From positions 6,016,001 through 6,080,000 of the forward strand of contig NC_087251.1 of NCBI RefSeq assembly GCF_037042905.1: DNA of 64,000 bases, given 5' to 3'. Below are positions 35,901 to 46,000 of the stretch, piece after piece (positions within the stretch are counted from its first letter, which is position 1; each line of letters opens with the position of its first letter). Position numbers and translations under genes: made by a program. The notes below the pieces were generated by a model. It saw only the letters and a program-made list of their open reading frames with translations. It did not search any database and was not told the DNA's origin. The stretch is from Lytechinus pictus. Taxonomy: Eukaryota.

Positions 35901-38900
35901 CTACATGTAGCTCCAAAACTTTGGAGCTAGGGGAAGCAATCCAAATTTCAACACCAAACACCAAGGCCAACACGGGACTTGAAATCACCCGGGCCAATGT
36001 CTCGACAATTTATTGAATGATGTTGAGATCGATCACGATTTTTTAGAAAAACGGTGCGCATATAATCAAGGCTCCACATTAACTTTTTTTTGGTGGTGGC
36101 CCATTTGGGCCACCAAAACCTTCAAATAATTTTTTTGGGTGGCCCGATATTAAAGTTTGGTGGCCCAAAAAATATAAAGAAAAACATTAAAAGTGAATAA
36201 AACAAACTTCTGAAATATTAATTCTGCACCCACTACCACTAAGTATCATAAAGCAATTTTTATGATATTTATCGACCGAAACAAGTATTTAAAGATTCGT
36301 GATATTTATCGGCCGATGCAAGTATTTTAAAAAATCTAAGTTGGCAGCTCTACACGCGTGTGGTATCCAGGTATCGATAACAAAAGACTGCAAAATGGCG
36401 ACGTAAACAGACTGGGTAAGTAAACGCTTGTGCTCTTAATTTTTTTCAAAATTACTACTATTTATTGCATAAATTATAAGTAACTTTATTAAAACTGGGG
36501 GTAAATATTGTTTTGGCCCATTTACGTTAGTTTGGGCGCAAAACCAAACTTAAAATTGGTGACTTAGGTCTAGATTCACCGTGGGAAATCCTAGCCTCTA
36601 CAGCCTCTACAGGCCTATCCAACCCAGGCTTCATGGGGAGTAAGCCTACGTATAGTACATGACTTTTACTCCCCAGAAGCCTCCAGGCTAAGCACACCAC
36701 CACGGCAGAAATTGCATTGCACTGCACGCTGAGGATCCAGGACATGACTGCATGCATACCGTTCATGCCGTCATGGCTGTTGTCTCTTTAGCCTATCCGA
36801 TATGCGTCGGGCTAGTGGGCAAACTACTGACGGGCGAGGGCGCAGCCCGAGCGCCTATCATCACTGGTGAAGACGAAAAATGAATTTTCTATTATTTACC
36901 TAGTTCTGTTCGTAGAAATTCTATGAACCCCCAACTAAGCTTCAATATAAATATTCATAACTGTCCGCGAGTACGGACCAATAAGCGACGAGGCTTGAAC
37001 GTGACGTATCATGAATATTAATGAGCTCACTTCGATCGAAATGGCGTTCGCGGGGGGATTTCAAGTGTGACAGAATTAAAGAGAGTTTGAAATATGCTGC
37101 CCAATAGCTCAGAATAGATGACTTTGAGGACCTGCAGGCTTCAGCGATATGTTCAGTACTTAAATAATGGAGAGGAATGTTTCGTAAGTTTACCGACTGG
37201 ATTCAGAAAAAGTGCAATATACCAGACTCTGCCATTGTCGTTTGACTTTGTACGTTCTGAGACTGAGAGTGGGAGCAGTGAGAAAGAAGCCGCCAGTGCC
37301 AGCTAGCCGCAGGGAAGACCACTCGATCCCTGGTAAATCTACTGCAACTCCCGGTGCTACTTCAAAGCGGGTACAAGATGTCAGAGAGAAAACAAATAAT
37401 TGTTCAATTAAGCTCTAAATAGAATGTTCAACACAAAAGCATATATTTATTATTATAAATAATCAAATATATCAAAAATTAAAGAAATACAGTATGAGGA
37501 AACGAAAGGTTTATTAAATTTTCGATTTTCTGAATGAACCCTGCCCACATAGTGACATACGAATGAACTCGCCCAATAAAATCATAGACTGCGATGATAT
37601 TTGATTGGTTAAAAAATAGTTGATCGCCATATAAGGGTTATCTCATGAATGATGCATAATAAAAAGTATGTCACACATATGACAGTAGAGGCCAACGGCC
37701 AATATTGGAGACTGTCTCCAATGTGGGAGATAATCTCCAATATAAGAGACTTTTGTAAAGAATTTGGGTATCCAATTTCAGAGACAGTCTCCAGTTTTGG
37801 AGTCCAATTTCCTTTGTTTACATTTGCTGCAAAAGGATTACCTTGGCGGCAAATAAAAATGTGATAAGCAGATTCCTCATGAAAAATTACCCCTTTTCAC
37901 CGCACCGTCTACTTTTGTTTTGATAAGGATTTTTGTTGTCAATCACACACAAAACAAATGGGCTTCTGACCTCAGTGAGACAAAATTTTGGGTGGAAAAA
38001 ATCATGCTTTTGTTGGTGTTTCTTTTGTCCTTTTGCAAAGCAAGTCTCCAATGTGGGAGATTGTCTCCCCTATTGGAGAGAGTCTCCCATATTGGCCGTG
38101 CGCCTCTACTGTATGATAACCATATATGCATATCGATGACTTTACCAGTGATGATAGGCGCTCGGGCTTCGCCCTCGCCCATCAGTCTGCTTCGCGCAAC
38201 CAGTAACTTGCCCACTATAGCCCGGCGCATATCAGAGATAGGCTATTGACTATTGTCTCTTCGGACTTCACTCGGTGACAATAGTCAATATTATATAACT
38301 CAAACAAAGATTCTTGCCATCTGATTGGTTGAAAGGTGTTCAATATTTGGTCCATTCTTTACTGCGTGCATTTTGTAATTTTCCATTGCACGGTGACCGT
38401 GCATTTTTTATTTTTCCATTGCACGGTACGCGCGCCAGCGCTCCCTCAGTATAATCATGTGTATCATTGTATGTCTACTTAGTACTTACCTTTTTGTGTA
38501 TGTGTGTGTGTTTGCGCGCATGAAGTTAGCGCAGATCAAACTGACTGCGTACTCGACTCAGATCCATGAAGCAATTCGCGTCACAAACATGAAAGCAAAG
38601 GGCTGATGAGCTATCGATACATGATGTAATCCACTGACTAGCAATTATCAGAGAAAACATCGAGCAAGTCTCTTCCGTCTTTTCACAATATTTTTTCATT
38701 TTTTTGATGAATTCTTGTTTTAAAAATAACAAAGAGAGCGTAGAAATGTCGGAAATGAAGTTTTATCCCATGTACATGATTTAGAGCTACCTAGATCTTT
38801 TAGAAGGAAAGTAGAAATCTCGGGGGTGAAAGTTTCAGGTTTTGCCTTGGCTTCCATTGACATGTTTTTGTGTGGGTCTATGGGATAGAAGGCCTGGCTT

Positions 38901-39450
38901 CAAGAGAGTGACCTTACGTCAGTAAATGATTTTTACTCTCTAGAAGCCGCCTGGCTAGGTCGGCTAGGCTAGGATTAGGAAATAGGCCAACCTAAATTTT
39001 ATTTTTAAATCTTTATCTTTTTTATTCCTTTTTTACATTTCTAAAAACTTTGTAACTTATAAGTTATATGAGTTAGGCCTATATAAAACAAATAATGAAT
39101 GTAACGATGAAAGATTAAAAGTTCCATTCAACTAGGCGTTATTAGCCGAGTTGAATGGAACTTTACATCTTTCAGTTTCATCTCGTGAAAATATTCTTCC
39201 CATTGCACGCATATACACATTCATGATTTTTTATTGTATACCATACCATAGTCCATACCTCGGATCGACGTAATTTTCGCTGCCATGCCAAGCAGGTACA
39301 TGACGATGATAGATGGGAACTTGGGGTGTAATGTTGCTTAACCTCTCCTGTTTTAGAATCCCAAATGGAAAGTCTGCCATCTGCACTAGAAGTGGCAAAA
39401 TAACTGTCGGTGACAGAAAAAGCACAGCACCTGTTTGGAGAAGTCGCCAT
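5827..39450 (-). CDS. WDR43: WD repeat-containing protein 43 / UTP5 (SSU processome UTP-A subunit); whole span, 16 coding exons, 1980 nt, 659 aa
   Basis: Exons joined by hand at GT-AG sites with matching phases. N-terminus [23 protein letters not shown]40 repeats, Utp12-type C-terminal domain ([29 protein letters not shown]), acidic tail. Confidence 0.93.
6329..6706. mobile_element. TTAA-flanked non-autonomous DNA transposon (Kolobok-like)
   Basis: TTAA|AGGTATTGTTTAACTTTG ... CAATGTTAACCAATCACT|TTAA; imperfect TIR. Confidence 0.6.
6861..6919 (-). CDS. WDR43: WDR43 exon 15 ([19 protein letters not shown])
   Basis: AG/GT sites; phase 1 in, phase 0 out. Confidence 0.82.
7327..7393 (-). CDS. 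WDR43: WDR43 exon 14 ([22 protein letters not shown])
   Basis: TTTCAG acceptor, GTGAGT donor. Confidence 0.88.
7892..8069 (-). CDS. WDR43: WDR43 exon 13 ([12 protein letters not shown]...[12 protein letters not shown])
   Basis: Utp12/Dip2-type domain; matches ORF 7871-8065; AG/GT sites. Confidence 0.92.
8436..8554 (-). CDS. WDR43: WDR43 exon 12 ([34 protein letters not shown]...)
   Basis: AG/GT sites; conserved TIKRLP motif. Confidence 0.92.
8781..8926 (-). ncRNA. Intronic box H/ACA snoRNA, copy 1 (WDR43 intron 11); predicted guide for 18S pseudouridine at the U1347-equivalent (SNORA4/snR83-type)
   Basis: Hairpin 1 (CCTCC.TT/AA.GGAGG), H box AGACTA, hairpin 2 (AGAAC/GTTCT, CTGTC/GACAG, TAGC/GCTA), ACA+3 nt. 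Pocket CTCCAC / ACTAAG pairs with 18S CUUAGU-U-G-GUGGAG, 15 nt from ACA. Confidence 0.88.
9329..9671. mobile_element. MITE with ~35-bp TIR, CAG TSD and internal 22-bp tandem repeat
   Basis: CAG|GGCCCTGTCTTACATAAGAG ... CTCTTTGTAAGACGGGGCC|CAG; (GCGATTGATCGGATCGATCGTA)x~5 at 9542-9650. Confidence 0.75.
9964..10732. mobile_element. piggyBac-like MITE nested in a related element
   Basis: TTAA|CCCTAATTCTCCCGGGG ... CCCCGGGAGATTGAGGG|TTAA. Confidence 0.78.
11301..11441 (-). CDS. WDR43: WDR43 exon 11 ([11 protein letters not shown]...[15 protein letters not shown])
   Basis: Conserved S.E.RL and LL.QGL.S.D motifs; AG/GT sites. Confidence 0.93.
11786..11931 (-). ncRNA. Intronic box H/ACA snoRNA, copy 2 (WDR43 intron 10)
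   Basis: Differs from 8781-8926 at two positions that face each other in the basal stem of hairpin 1; flanking sequence unrelated. Confidence 0.88.
12484..12621 (-). CDS. WDR43: WDR43 exon 10 ([23 protein letters not shown]...RKSLRTE)
   Basis: AG/GT sites; phase 0/0. Confidence 0.88.
12988..13074 (-). CDS. WDR43: WDR43 exon 9 ([17 protein letters not shown]...AGDR)
   Basis: TTACAG acceptor, GTGAGT donor; CLIRD motif. Confidence 0.88.
13224..13320 (-). ncRNA. Intronic box C/D snoRNA, copy 1 (WDR43 intron 8)
   Basis: Terminal stem TGGTTGC/GCAACCA, box C ATGATGA, box D CTGA, C'-like ATGATAA; 11-nt CCATGCACCAC is antisense to conserved 18S GUGGUGCAUGG. Confidence 0.9.
13708..14690 (-). mobile_element. 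Helentron/HINE-like element, full length
   Basis: Sub-terminal IR GTCTCACCTGCAT / ATGCAGGTGAGAC, terminal hairpin GTCTCAC..GTGAGAC, GCC/GTC microsatellite, central ~128-bp tandem units, inserted in an A/T run with no TSD. Confidence 0.8.
14715..14889 (-). CDS. WDR43: WDR43 exon 8 (RARKPF...PIPIL...[14 protein letters not shown])
   Basis: Conserved PIPIL and YG...P.FE motifs; AG/GT sites. Confidence 0.92.
15322..15418 (-). ncRNA. Intronic box C/D snoRNA, copy 2 (WDR43 intron 7)
   Basis: Same core as copy 1; box C variant GTGATGA; changes fall outside the guide segments. Confidence 0.9.
15479..15543 (-). CDS. WDR43: WDR43 exon 7 ([22 protein letters not shown])
   Basis: TTGCAG acceptor, GTAAGC donor; GQVH.F..LNG motif. 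Confidence 0.9.
16385..16481 (-). CDS. WDR43: WDR43 exon 6 ([32 protein letters not shown])
   Basis: AG/GT sites; phase 2 in, phase 0 out. Confidence 0.9.
16570..16664 (-). ncRNA. Intronic box C/D snoRNA, copy 3 (WDR43 intron 5)
   Basis: Identical to the core of copy 1; 3' end ~88 nt upstream of the 3' splice site, a typical position for intronic C/D snoRNAs. Confidence 0.9.
17054..17199 (-). CDS. WDR43: WDR43 exon 5 ([12 protein letters not shown]...[17 protein letters not shown])
   Basis: WD40 repeat (FTGH...VW); AG/GT sites. Confidence 0.93.
17558..17678 (-). CDS. WDR43: WDR43 exon 4 ([13 protein letters not shown]...[19 protein letters not shown])
   Basis: WD40 repeat; KWKGD and LSAGR.I.LW motifs. 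Confidence 0.93.
17882..18851. mobile_element. TTAA-flanked non-autonomous element (Kolobok-like) with nested inserts
   Basis: TTAA at both ends; interior similar to 56679-57249 (CATCAAAATCG..AAAGTTATGGCATTTTAAAG). Confidence 0.6.
18626..18760 (+). mobile_element. tRNA-derived SINE or pseudo-tRNA (head 18626-18698, CAT anticodon-like loop)
   Basis: A box TGGTCCAGTGG, B box GTTCGAATCC; acceptor and anticodon stems mispaired; non-tRNA tail follows; sits inside another repeat. Confidence 0.7.
19433..20192. mobile_element. TIR MITE (TAGGGACAGTGATTTT termini, hAT-like)
   Basis: TAGGGACAGTGATTTTCCG ... CGGAAAAATCACTGTCCCTA; TGTATA duplicated on both flanks. Confidence 0.75.
20279..21172. mobile_element. 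piggyBac-like MITE, same family as 9299-11144
   Basis: TTAA|CCCTT start; shares CTTTTTACTTTCAAGTCT.GCGCA..TTTGAGACCAAATTTG and its inverted copy. Confidence 0.65.
21475..21596 (-). CDS. WDR43: WDR43 exon 3 ([14 protein letters not shown]...[14 protein letters not shown]...)
   Basis: Classic GH...WD repeat; AG/GT sites. Confidence 0.94.
22378..24181. mobile_element. hAT-type non-autonomous element, 8-bp TSD ATTAAAGA
   Basis: TAGTGCTGTAG ... CTTGCAGCACTA; sub-terminal CCGAA repeats; perfect TSD. Confidence 0.85.
25335..27245 (+). repeat. Purine-rich (A/G) low-complexity tract, interrupted by a HINE
   Basis: (GAAA/GGAA)n; explains the spurious F/L/S-rich minus-strand ORFs. Confidence 0.9.
25986..26945 (-). 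mobile_element. Helentron/HINE-like element, full length, innermost in the nest
   Basis: Same termini, sub-TIRs, GCC microsatellite and tandem units as 13708-14690. Confidence 0.82.
27332..27768. mobile_element. Foldback MITE with TAG...CTA ends (Academ-like termini), inserted in a CA run
   Basis: ~68-bp near-perfect TIR starting TAGCCAGGCGGCTTCTAGAGAG plus further inner inverted arms; a related half copy lies at 38700-38957. Confidence 0.8.
29852..30007 (-). CDS. WDR43: WDR43 exon 2 (ENRKRKKRR...[25 protein letters not shown])
   Basis: Basic NLS-like stretch and conserved LLALGT..GS.LLYS..KG.LHS.L. Confidence 0.94.
30525..32285. mobile_element. Tc1/mariner-type non-autonomous element with very long TIRs
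   Basis: TA|CAGTGCGTCCCAAAAA ... TTTTTGGGACGCACTG|TA; inverted arms over 300 bp; no transposase ORF. Confidence 0.85.
34240..34401. mobile_element. PIF/Harbinger-type palindromic MITE
   Basis: ~57-bp near-perfect TIR TACCTTGGTCACATTTGCTCTACGGCGGCCGTACGG...; TAA TSD. Confidence 0.8.
36789..38245 (+). mobile_element. AcademH-like DNA transposon relic with RecQ-type helicase fragment
   Basis: ~90-bp TIR TAGCCTATC...GATAGGCTA; internal frame reads [20 protein letters not shown] (degenerate helicase motif I). Confidence 0.7.
37118..37260 (+). pseudogene. Frameshifted fragment of a RecQ-like SF2 helicase (motif 0/I region)
   Basis: Resembles consensus D.FV.LPTG.GKS..YQ.LP, with G->R in the Walker A motif; no continuation. 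Confidence 0.65.
39259..39450 (-). CDS. WDR43: WDR43 exon 1 ([12 protein letters not shown]...DGRLSIWD...[24 protein letters not shown])
   Basis: ATG in AACATGGCG context; donor GAG|GTATGG; diagnostic N-terminus. Confidence 0.94.
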
Positions 39451-39548
39451 GTTGCATTACACCACGTGGCGAAAAATACGCATGCGCGATTATACGGTAT
39501 GGTACCGTAGAGGTGCCCGTTACCAGTAGGGCCGGGGTTGGTATTCGG

Positions 39549-39637
39549 CATAGACTCATATATTACTAGGCCTATATCAAAGAGATGTATTATTAGTATA
39601 CATCTCTATGGCCTATATATATATATATCTCTCTATG
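39549..39637. mobile_element. Tiny palindromic MITE (CATAG...CTATG, 8-bp TSD GTATTCGG; P-like) in the WDR43 proximal promoter
   Basis: GTATTCGG|CATAGA ... TCTATG|GTATTCGG; internal AGAGATGTAT/ATACATCTCT palindrome. Confidence 0.7.
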
Positions 39638-40079
39638 GTATTCGGCCATCCGAACTTACGCGCAAGCTTCCATACTGCATACACACGAGAACAAAATAAA
39701 GATATTACGACTTATCGTAAATAAATCTGACAATTTAGCACAAATTCAAATAGTAAATAGAGTGTAGTCTACCGTTTTAAATGCACGGTTGTTAAGGGGC
39801 TGGGTATCTTTTTCGTTAGGCGAAAAGGGGGCGCAAACCGGGGCGCCAAAGAGGGGAAAGAGAGGAAAAGAAATTAAGGGAGAGAAAAAAGGCCAAGGAG
39901 GCAAAGAAGAAGAGAAAGAGAAAAAGAGGGGGAAGAGATAAGGGGAAAGGAAGAGGGAAGCAGAGGCGTCGATCCTGGGGGGGGGGGGGCAGGGGCGATC
40001 GCCCCACCAATGAAAATACTGGGAGGCAAACATATCGTTTTGCCCCCCCCCCCCAATAATTCAGCATGTGCAAAAATTA

Positions 40080-43000
40080 AATAAGATTGTAATGTTACAC
40101 AAATCAGCAAGCGAGATGAGATCCCATGAGATACACAAATCGTTCTTTATTTAAAATCGTGCGCTCAAAATGTCCACCATTTCAGATTGGAAAATAAAAA
40201 TTTTCAGCTCGCGCTTCGCGCTCGCATCATTTCTGTAGCAAAAACCCATTTCATGATTAAATAGAATTTTTTGTCAGATGGAAATATCAAAATTTTCATC
40301 TTCGCGTTCGCATCTATTGTTCATTTAGATACCCATCTCAGGGGTGGATCCAGCCTTCGTCAGTAGGGGGGCCCAGAATTTGTTCAGGCATATTTTCCCC
40401 GATCGGCCGCTCGAAGATGATTTTTTGTTTGTTTCTTTGAAGGGGCCAAGGGGGTAGTCCTATAAGTCACTTCTTATCATAATCCTTATTTTATAATGCG
40501 AGCGCGAAGCGCGCGAGCAAATTTTTTTTGAAATTGTATGTATTTTTTCCTAAAGTTTGAACATTATGAAAAAAAAGATGTGCCTGCAATAATTACTACG
40601 AACGCGAAGGGTGAACAGAAATTTTGATACACGTTTTCATAGGCGGATCCAGGTGGGGGCCCCCCTTATTGGCGGAGCAAAAAAGAAAAAAAAGGGAAAG
40701 AAAGAAAAGAGAGGAAGGAAAAGAAAAGAGAAAAAAAGAAGAGGAGGAAGACGAGTGAATAAAATAAGATGAGAGGAACACTTGGAAAAAAAATATTTCA
40801 TGTCACTATATAAAATTTTTGCTCGCGCTTCGCGCTCGCATTGCCTGTTAAGTGATTCACATATCTTGTTCACATGGAGCTTAAATATCAAGTTTGGAAG
40901 TCAATATACAAAACATATTTCTCATCGGAAATCGAACTTTCATTAATTTGTGTGATTTACAAATTGATTTTTTAAAAGTGCTCTGTAAAAATGTCAGTTT
41001 ATATTAACATTTTCCGCTCGCGCTGCGCGCTCGCGATTTTTTTTATTTATCAGGTACCTATTATTTTCATGTATTCCATAAAGTTTTCAAAATATCCCTT
41101 TTCAGGTCTGATTGTAAAAACGTACTAGCGCTGCATGCCATGCTTGCATGTATGTCTCAATATTGATTATGTAACAAACTACTCAAAATCCCCTTTTCAT
41201 GACAGTTTATCAAAAATTTCGGCTCGCGATTTGCGCTCGCATTAAATGGTTAAAATATATCAACTGATTACTGATGCATCCTATTCATAATAAAAAAGTA
41301 CTTGAAATGTACAGTGTTCAGGACATAATATCATCAGATCCTGCGCCCTCATTATGCATTAATGAATAAGATATCAATTTAATAATTAAATTGTCCCTTT
41401 TGTTTAATCTCGCGCTAAGCAAGATGCATAGGAAGAAGGAAGGAACCCTATAGTCATCATATTCATATATGATAACATGTCCTAAGGATGTCACGGTCCT
41501 ATATGTCTCAAACTCAAAGTAATAATAAAAAATATCAGCTCTTTATCATGTGCGATTTATATCCACCTTACAATTTTCCTACAAAGTGTTTGAAATATAA
41601 AGCTAAAATCGACTCCCGTTTTCAGATCGGAATATCAAATATTTTAATGATAAAAGATATGTATTTAGAATGCCTAGATTCTAGGTCTAAATCTGAAACA
41701 CGCGCGCGCATGTTCAATCTGCTCACCCTTTGTGCTCGAATTATTAATGTAGGAATACCCCCTCCCCTTTCTCATCCATTTCATGATTTACAAAACATGA
41801 ATAGAGTGTCCTGTTCTAGGTCTAAATCTCGAATTTTTCCGCTTACGCTTCGCGCTCGCATTATTTGATTGTTGAAATATGTAACGTCTTCATGGCTAAG
41901 TGCAAGCAGTCTTTAAAAGGCACTTTTCGATCAGTTCAAAACGTATATATACAAACATTTTCTGCTCGCGTTTTGCGCGCGCATTATTAATGTAGGAAGA
42001 TCCCCTCTTACTCATCCTTTTCACAATATCAAAAATTTTCTGCTCGCCCTTTGTGCTCGAATTATTAATGTAGGAATATCCCCCCTTTCTCATCCCTTTC
42101 ATGATTTACAAAACATGAATATAGAGTGTCCTGTTCTAGGTCTAAATCTCCAATTTTTCCGCTCGCGCTTCGCGCGCGCATTATTTGATTGTTGAAATAT
42201 GTAACGTCTTCCTGGCTAAGTGCAAGCAGGGGAATCCAACCCAAATAAAAACTTGTTTTTCTAAGGAAAAGAAAAATCAGACAAGTTGATAGGTGAAAGT
42301 TTGAACAATATTGGACAAACAACAAGAAAGTTATGAATTTTTAAAAGTTGTAAATATTGGTAATCACTGTACCCATGGAGACTTCAAATTGTCCGCATAT
42401 GGGATGTCATCGTGATGTAAGGCAAGGACTACTCTTCCATGTACTCCAATACATATTATGGCTCAAATGTCATTTTTCCCAAAAGTTTTATTTCAAATTA
42501 TATTTTTCTTTCATGAAGACATAAAACAATATAATACCTGGGTTATATTTAGATTACTGCCCCAGGGGAATGGGTACTTAGGAGAAAACCACAAATCCCT
42601 GATAATAAAGTACATGGCCTATGGGAAAGTTGTCCTTGCCCCTTGTCATAATTTACTTACCCAGTTGCCAATTTGAAATCTACATAGTATTAGTGATCTC
42701 AATTTTAAAGCAGCTATAACTTTCTTATTACTTATTTTTAGTTCAAGAAAACAGGAAATATGGCCAACCGTACAGAAAGTGACAGTTTGGTAAAGAGATA
42801 CGGAATATAAAATAGCGTTTAAAAGGGGGAAGCTTGGGGTGCACTTAAGAAAATGGGAACAAATAATGCATACCTTTCTTAATACTATGGTTGAATTGGT
42901 TGCTTCGTTTTAATTGTTTCTGTTTTGTTTTGTTTATTTGTTGAAATACAGATAGTTGTACCAGAGCAGGATGTATCGTACATGGGTTGGGTATACGTTC

Positions 43001-46000
43001 AGGGGCGGATCCAGCCTTCGCCAATAGGGGGGGGGGGGGGGGGGGTCCGGAATTTTTTTTCAGCCACATTTTCCCCGATAGGCCGCTCGAAGATAATTTT
43101 TGTTTGTTTCTTTGAAGGGGTAGTCCTAATTAAAAAGTGCGAGCTTTTTGTTTATTTTTCTATTTTGTCTTAAAATCTAAACATTTTGGGCAATGTTTAT
43201 GATCCTAAACGGCATGTGTATCCAACTAAATAATTGCTGCGAGTGCGAAGCGCGAGCAGAAATTTTTAATATGCGTTTTGATCTGATAAAAAATGATCTG
43301 TTAACGGCTGCTTGTTAGCCATTAAGACGTTACATATATACTATCAAATAATGCGAGCGCGAAGCGCGAGCTGAAAATTTTGATATTTCTACCTGAAGAA
43401 TGGAAATTCTAAGCACTTCTTGTAATCGTAAAAAGGATAAGTATATAACTAAACAATTGATGCGAGCGCAAAGCGCGAGCGGAAAAATTCCGGACACTCT
43501 ATTCATGTTTTGTAAATCATGAAAAGGATGAGTAATTGGAAAGTTTCCTACTTAATTTAATAATGCGAGCGCAAAGCGTGAGCAGACAATTTTTTGATAT
43601 TGTGATCTGAAACTGGATAATGATTTAAATAGACAACAATCTAAACGCGTGTTTCAGATTTCGAACTAGAATTTGGGTATTCTAAATACCTTTCTTATCA
43701 TGAAAACCCAGTGGCGTAACAGGCGGGGGGGGGGGCAGGGGGGGCAAGCTGCCCCCCCCTGGCGGATTTCACCGGGAAAATAAAAAAAACGGGAAAAAGA
43801 AAAAAAAGGGAGGCAGAAAGAAAGGGAAAGGGGGAGGAAAGGGGAAAAGGAAAGGAGGAAAGGGAAAGGGAAAAAGAAAACGAAGATTTTTTTTTTGAAA
43901 TGGAAAAGGAAAAAAAGCGGGAAAATGTACGAAAGAAGAACATTTGACAAAGAACAAATCATTCCGTAATAGGCTTATGTAATGCAGTAGCTTGATTGGA
44001 AATAAATTAAAATATGACAAAATGACAAACAATAGCGGGAAACGAAGGAAGAATGGAATTAGTCATAAGCTAAATTAGAAAACAAACAAAAGGGACAAGA
44101 AAAAAAAATAATAACACGACCGGGCTGCCGAGGATTGAAAATAAAGAGCGGGAAGAAAGATGAACTGCACGCAACATTGTGCTATAAGCTTGTAAAATTT
44201 TATGCAAAGCAGTAGGGGCTCTTCATCTATAACCATCAAATGGCTCTATAACGCCCCCGTTCAATCACGTTCAATCACTGGCGTACAGGCGCGGGGAGGG
44301 GGGGGGGGGTCTTGTTTCCAAACCCAAGAGGAAATAAAATAAATTATACAGGAGACAACGTATAATAAAATGAATGGAAACAATGAAATGTGTTATTTGC
44401 TGTCAGCATTGCTGAATATAATGGAAAAATCTATCACATAATTAGAATTCAATTTCAATAGGCAATTTTCCAGCTCGCTTTGCACGCTATGGCGACTTTT
44501 AACAAATTCAATTCAATTAAATTTACTCACATCCATTAAAAAGGTACAATATACAATATTATATGAACAATAAAAAACAATACATAAAAACTCAATATAA
44601 TGACAAATAGAAAGAGTAGAACCAACATGCAGTGGATGTAGGATGTAAATTTTCCCACAATGCTATGTTTTACCACCTCAAATATTTGGTTCATTACGCA
44701 ACTGGGTTGAATAAATGTGTTGTGTAAAAGCTATATTCTGTATATACTCGCGATTTGATTAAAATAGCGGCAATCTGCGAGGTTTAAGTGGCTTTGATAT
44801 CAAGAAGTTCCGGGGGGCTCCGCCCCGGACCCCAACCGCACAGCACTGCCATATATGAGTATGGAAGGGTTAAGCCATTGGCCCCCAAAAGTTCTACAAA
44901 CAAGAACAAAAAAGAAGGAGGAAAGAAAAGCAAAGGAAAAGTGTAGGATATCATTTTATTTACTGAATATAATTTCAAAAAAAAACTCAAAGGTAGATTC
45001 TCATGAAAAAGGTGATTTTTTTCTCGCTCGCTTCGCTCGCTCGGGACTCATTATTAAGCAGCTTTTTAGCACATGTGTCATACTGCGCCCCTCGTTTTTT
45101 TACTCTTTTTTTACTTCTATATGCCGCAAATAAAGAATCCTGTTCACAGTGGCGTTCAGACCACAAAAAAGGAATGGAAGAGAAAAGAGTGAAATATATT
45201 ATTTTCTGGATATCGATCATTTCAAAATCTATCACAAAAATTGGATTTTTATGTATCAAAAAGGTAAAAAAATTTGCTCGCTCGCTTCGCTCGCTCACAA
45301 CTTAAAAAATAAAATAAATTCTGCCCTATATGCAATATCTGGCCCTCTCAAAATAGTCGCCTCATTACACCATTACGCCTGTTCATACCATGATATGACC
45401 GGGAAATTTTTGGCTCTTGCCCCCCCCCTGGCCACCGACCCCTGTTACGCCGCTGTGAAAACCAATAAAGCGAGCGCAAAGCGCGAGCTAAAAATATATG
45501 ATGTTCCTATCTGAAAAAGGGACAATTTAAGCTCTGTATTTCAAGCACTTTGTGGGAAAATTGTGAGGTGGATATGGATCACAGTTTAAAAAGAGCTGAT
45601 ATGTTTCATTATTATTACTTTGAGATTTGACATATAGGACCGGGACATTCTATGAGGACATTATGTCATCATATGAAAATCTTCCTATTTCTCTTCCTAA
45701 GCATGAGAGCGCGAAATCTGTTAATATTATGGCCTGAAAACTGGACATTATTTTAACACACTTTTGTAATTATGAATAAGATGCATGAGATAATATCTTT
45801 CAACAATCAATGCGAGCGGTAATCGCGAGCCGTAATTTTTGATAAACTGTCATCAAATGGGGATTTTAAGTAGTTTGTTTTAGAATTAATATTGAGATAC
45901 ATAACTCACCAATCAAAATGCGAGCGTGCAGGGATATATAGCTGATACGTTTTGACAATCTGACCTGAATAGGGGTATTTTGATAACTTAATGGAATACA

